Below, one piece after another: positions 61,575-64,000 of a stretch of 64,000 bases of DNA. Source of the stretch: Octopus sinensis (lineage: Eukaryota); NCBI RefSeq assembly GCF_006345805.1, contig NC_043000.1, positions 123,566,001 through 123,630,000 on the forward strand, given 5' to 3'. How positions within the stretch are numbered: position 1 is the first letter of the stretch; every line of letters begins with the position of its first letter. Both the position numbers and the translations under genes were made by a program. A model generated the notes under the pieces. It did no database searches. It had not been told where the DNA came from and worked only from the letters and a program-made list of their open reading frames with translations.

Positions 61575-61819
61575 GTGGGGAAATTTTGAACCTGGGTTAT
61601 CATTCCTATGGTATTTTTCAATGTTGTTGTTGTTGTTGTTATTATTATTATTATTGTTATTGTTTAGGTGACTGCTTGGAATCGAACTCGGAATCTTGGG
61701 GTTAAGAGCATGGGCTACTTACCCCGATTCCCAGCAGTGATCTGAACAATAATAATAATAATAATAACAACATCGGAAAATACCTTAGGAATGTGAACCT
61801 AGGTTCGAAATTTCCCCAA

Positions 61820-61865
61820 GACACCTGATGAAGGCTGGAGTGTATATCAGCCGAAACGTTGTGTC
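61820..61865 (+). ncRNA. Minimal type-I hammerhead ribozyme motif (Penelope terminal-repeat type)
   Basis: Stem I GACAC/GTGTC; core CTGATGA(+A); stem II GGCTG/CAGCC; GAAA; loopless palindromic stem III ACGT; predicted GUU cleavage after 61860. Confidence 0.7.
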
Positions 61866-62412
61866 AACAACAAACAAGATGAGGACAAATATCCGTCAAA
61901 TGTAAATAATGTACATAATTCTTCATCTCTTAAAGATAGAACTGTACCACTCTAAATTTGTTCTCCTTTATTGCACAAGGCTGAATGCAAGGAAATGGAC
62001 AAGAAGATTTATAAAATTTCGGATGTTTTATCTTTTGTTTCAGTCCTTAGACTGTGGCCATGCTGGGGCATTGCCTTGAAGAACTTTTAGTCCAATGAAT
62101 TGATCCTAGTACTTATTTCTTTTGTTAAGCCTGGTACTTACTCTCTTGCTCTCTATTGCTGTACTGCTAGGTTAAGAGATGATAACACACCAATGCCAGT
62201 TGTCAAGCAGTGGGTAGAGGACAAACACAGACACAAAGACACACATACATATACATGATGGGCTTCTTTCAGTTTCCATCTACCAAATCCACTCACAAGG
62301 CATTGGCTGGAAGACACTTGCCCAAGGTGTCAAGCAGTGGGACTGTACCTGGAACCACGTGGTTGGGAAGCAAGCTTCTTACCACTTAGCCACACCTGTG
62401 CCACACTGCACA

Positions 62413-62725
62413 TATATAACCGTGATCACCGTGACCGACCAGGCTATCAGATGTTGCTACACCTCGCTGGTCACAATGTGCTTCGCATTGTTTTAGCCTT
62501 CAATGACGCCACCCCACTGGCTAAGCGAGCAGGCCAACAGACGAAAGAGTGAGAGAAAGTTGTGGCGAAAGAGTACAGCAGGGATCACCACCACCCCCTG
62601 CCGGACCCTCGTGGAGCTCTAGGTGTTTTCGCTCAATAAACACTCACAACGCCCAGTCTAGGAATCGAAACCGCGATCCTGCAACCGTGAATCCGCTGCC
62701 CTTACCACTGGGCCATTGCACCTCC
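62413..62725 (-). mobile_element. SINE family E (tRNA head). Also 42512-42770 (+, inside Merlin) and 40790-40856 (-)
   Basis: A-box TGGYCCAGTGG, B-box GGTTTCGATTCC; shared CTGTACTCTTTCGCCACAACTTTCTCTCAC body. Confidence 0.8.
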
Positions 62726-64000
62726 ACACATTATATAGATTCCTGTATATATATTTATGTATGTAGTTGAATAGATTTCTTTTTTACAGGCAGTATTAGT
62801 AGAGCATTGGGGAAAAAAAATGCCCTGTACTGTTTCTTCTGACTCTTTACATTCTGGCTTCAAATCCTTTCATGGTCATCTTTGTTTTTCATCCCTCAAG
62901 GGTTGTGGAAGCAATGTAATCAGCTAATTCCCCCTCCCCTCAAAATTACTAGCTTCGCATCTAAATCAGAAACGATTACAAAGGTATATACACAAGTTGA
63001 GAGATATTGAGATAATGAATCAAAATGGTAAATATCAGTCCATGGACTTAGCTGGAGTGTGTGCCATCCAGAGTAGCCCTCAAGTTTGCACCCCCACCCT
63101 CTCCCCAGTGTCCCAAACCTATAACAGTTTATATAGCAGACCCAAATTTACTTCCTCCATAAAAGCACCACTCAGGGTTGACCACCTTTTCCCCCACCCC
63201 CACACCACTGATATCTGTGTCCTTTGTTATTTAGAGATCATTGTAATTATTCTCCAGTTACATTATGTTAGTTGTTTCTTAATGTTAATACTTAAAGGCA
63301 ATTACAAGAAAAAAGGAATCTCGTTATAATAATCACATCACTTTCTGAAGGAAATTGAATAAATTAACCAGACAGGGGTTAGCTTCTTATCCAAGGAGAA
63401 GACTGTTTCACTTCTTTGAGAAAAAGCAGTTCTATAAGTCTTATTCACAAAGAAAGCAGGATAACAGGACTAGGTTTATCGTTATCTTTTACTTGTTTCA
63501 CTTAATGGACTGTAGCCATGCTGGGGCATCACCTTTATGGCTTAGTTGAACAAATTACCCCCAGTACTATTTGTAAGTCTGATACTTATTCTATCAGTCT
63601 CTTTTTGCCAAACTGTTACGTTACAGGGACATAAACAAACTAACACCCGGTCTCAAGCAATAGTAGTGAGACAAACAGAAAGACACACACACATGTATAT
63701 GTAAAAAGCTTCCACACAGTTTCCATCTATCACATTGATTCACAAGGCATTGGTTGAGCCTGGGGCTATAGTAGAAGACGCTTGCCTAAGATGCTGCTAA
63801 GTGAGACTGAACCCAAACCATTTTCCATGTTTACTTTTGTGGTCTATATTCTCTTCCTACTGCTAATCTCTTAATTAAAAAAGGAAAATGAAGTCTGTTC
63901 TTTTTGTTCAGTCATTTAAACTGAAATGAGAGTAATTAGATGTCTTAGTCAGGACATGCCTAAAGATTAGTTAATTATTGACATTTAATTTGAACTGCCA

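Overview
AT-rich, repeat-dense animal genomic DNA. The SINE, Penelope and microsatellite content suggests an octopus or other coleoid cephalopod (inferred from recognising the repeats, not from a search). The only host gene I can support is the 5' part of a prolyl endopeptidase (PREP/POP, S9A) on the minus strand. Six coding exons were reconstructed with GT-AG junctions and matching phases: 22126-22061, 6805-6678, 3791-3696, 2358-2190, 832-731 and 496-357, giving 233 codons plus 2 nt. The gene continues off the left edge and has a CpG-rich promoter at about 22.1-22.4 kb. The rest is a transposon landscape: at least five SINE families, RTE-like LINE ends, a Penelope GIY-YIG relic with hairpin and hammerhead-bearing termini, a mariner relic, Tigger-like MITEs, three non-autonomous Helitrons, a solo LTR, and a Merlin transposase relic with several Merlin-type MITE families. 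Best leads: (1) an in-frame upstream ATG that would add a 26-aa signal-peptide-like leader to a normally cytosolic enzyme; (2) three unrelated GG...CC, 8-9-bp-TSD MITE families that all carry telomere-like (CCCTAA)n; (3) an inverted pair of minimal hammerhead ribozymes; (4) a visible CpG-decay footprint of gene-body methylation. Most ORFs in the supplied track are microsatellite or repeat artefacts.
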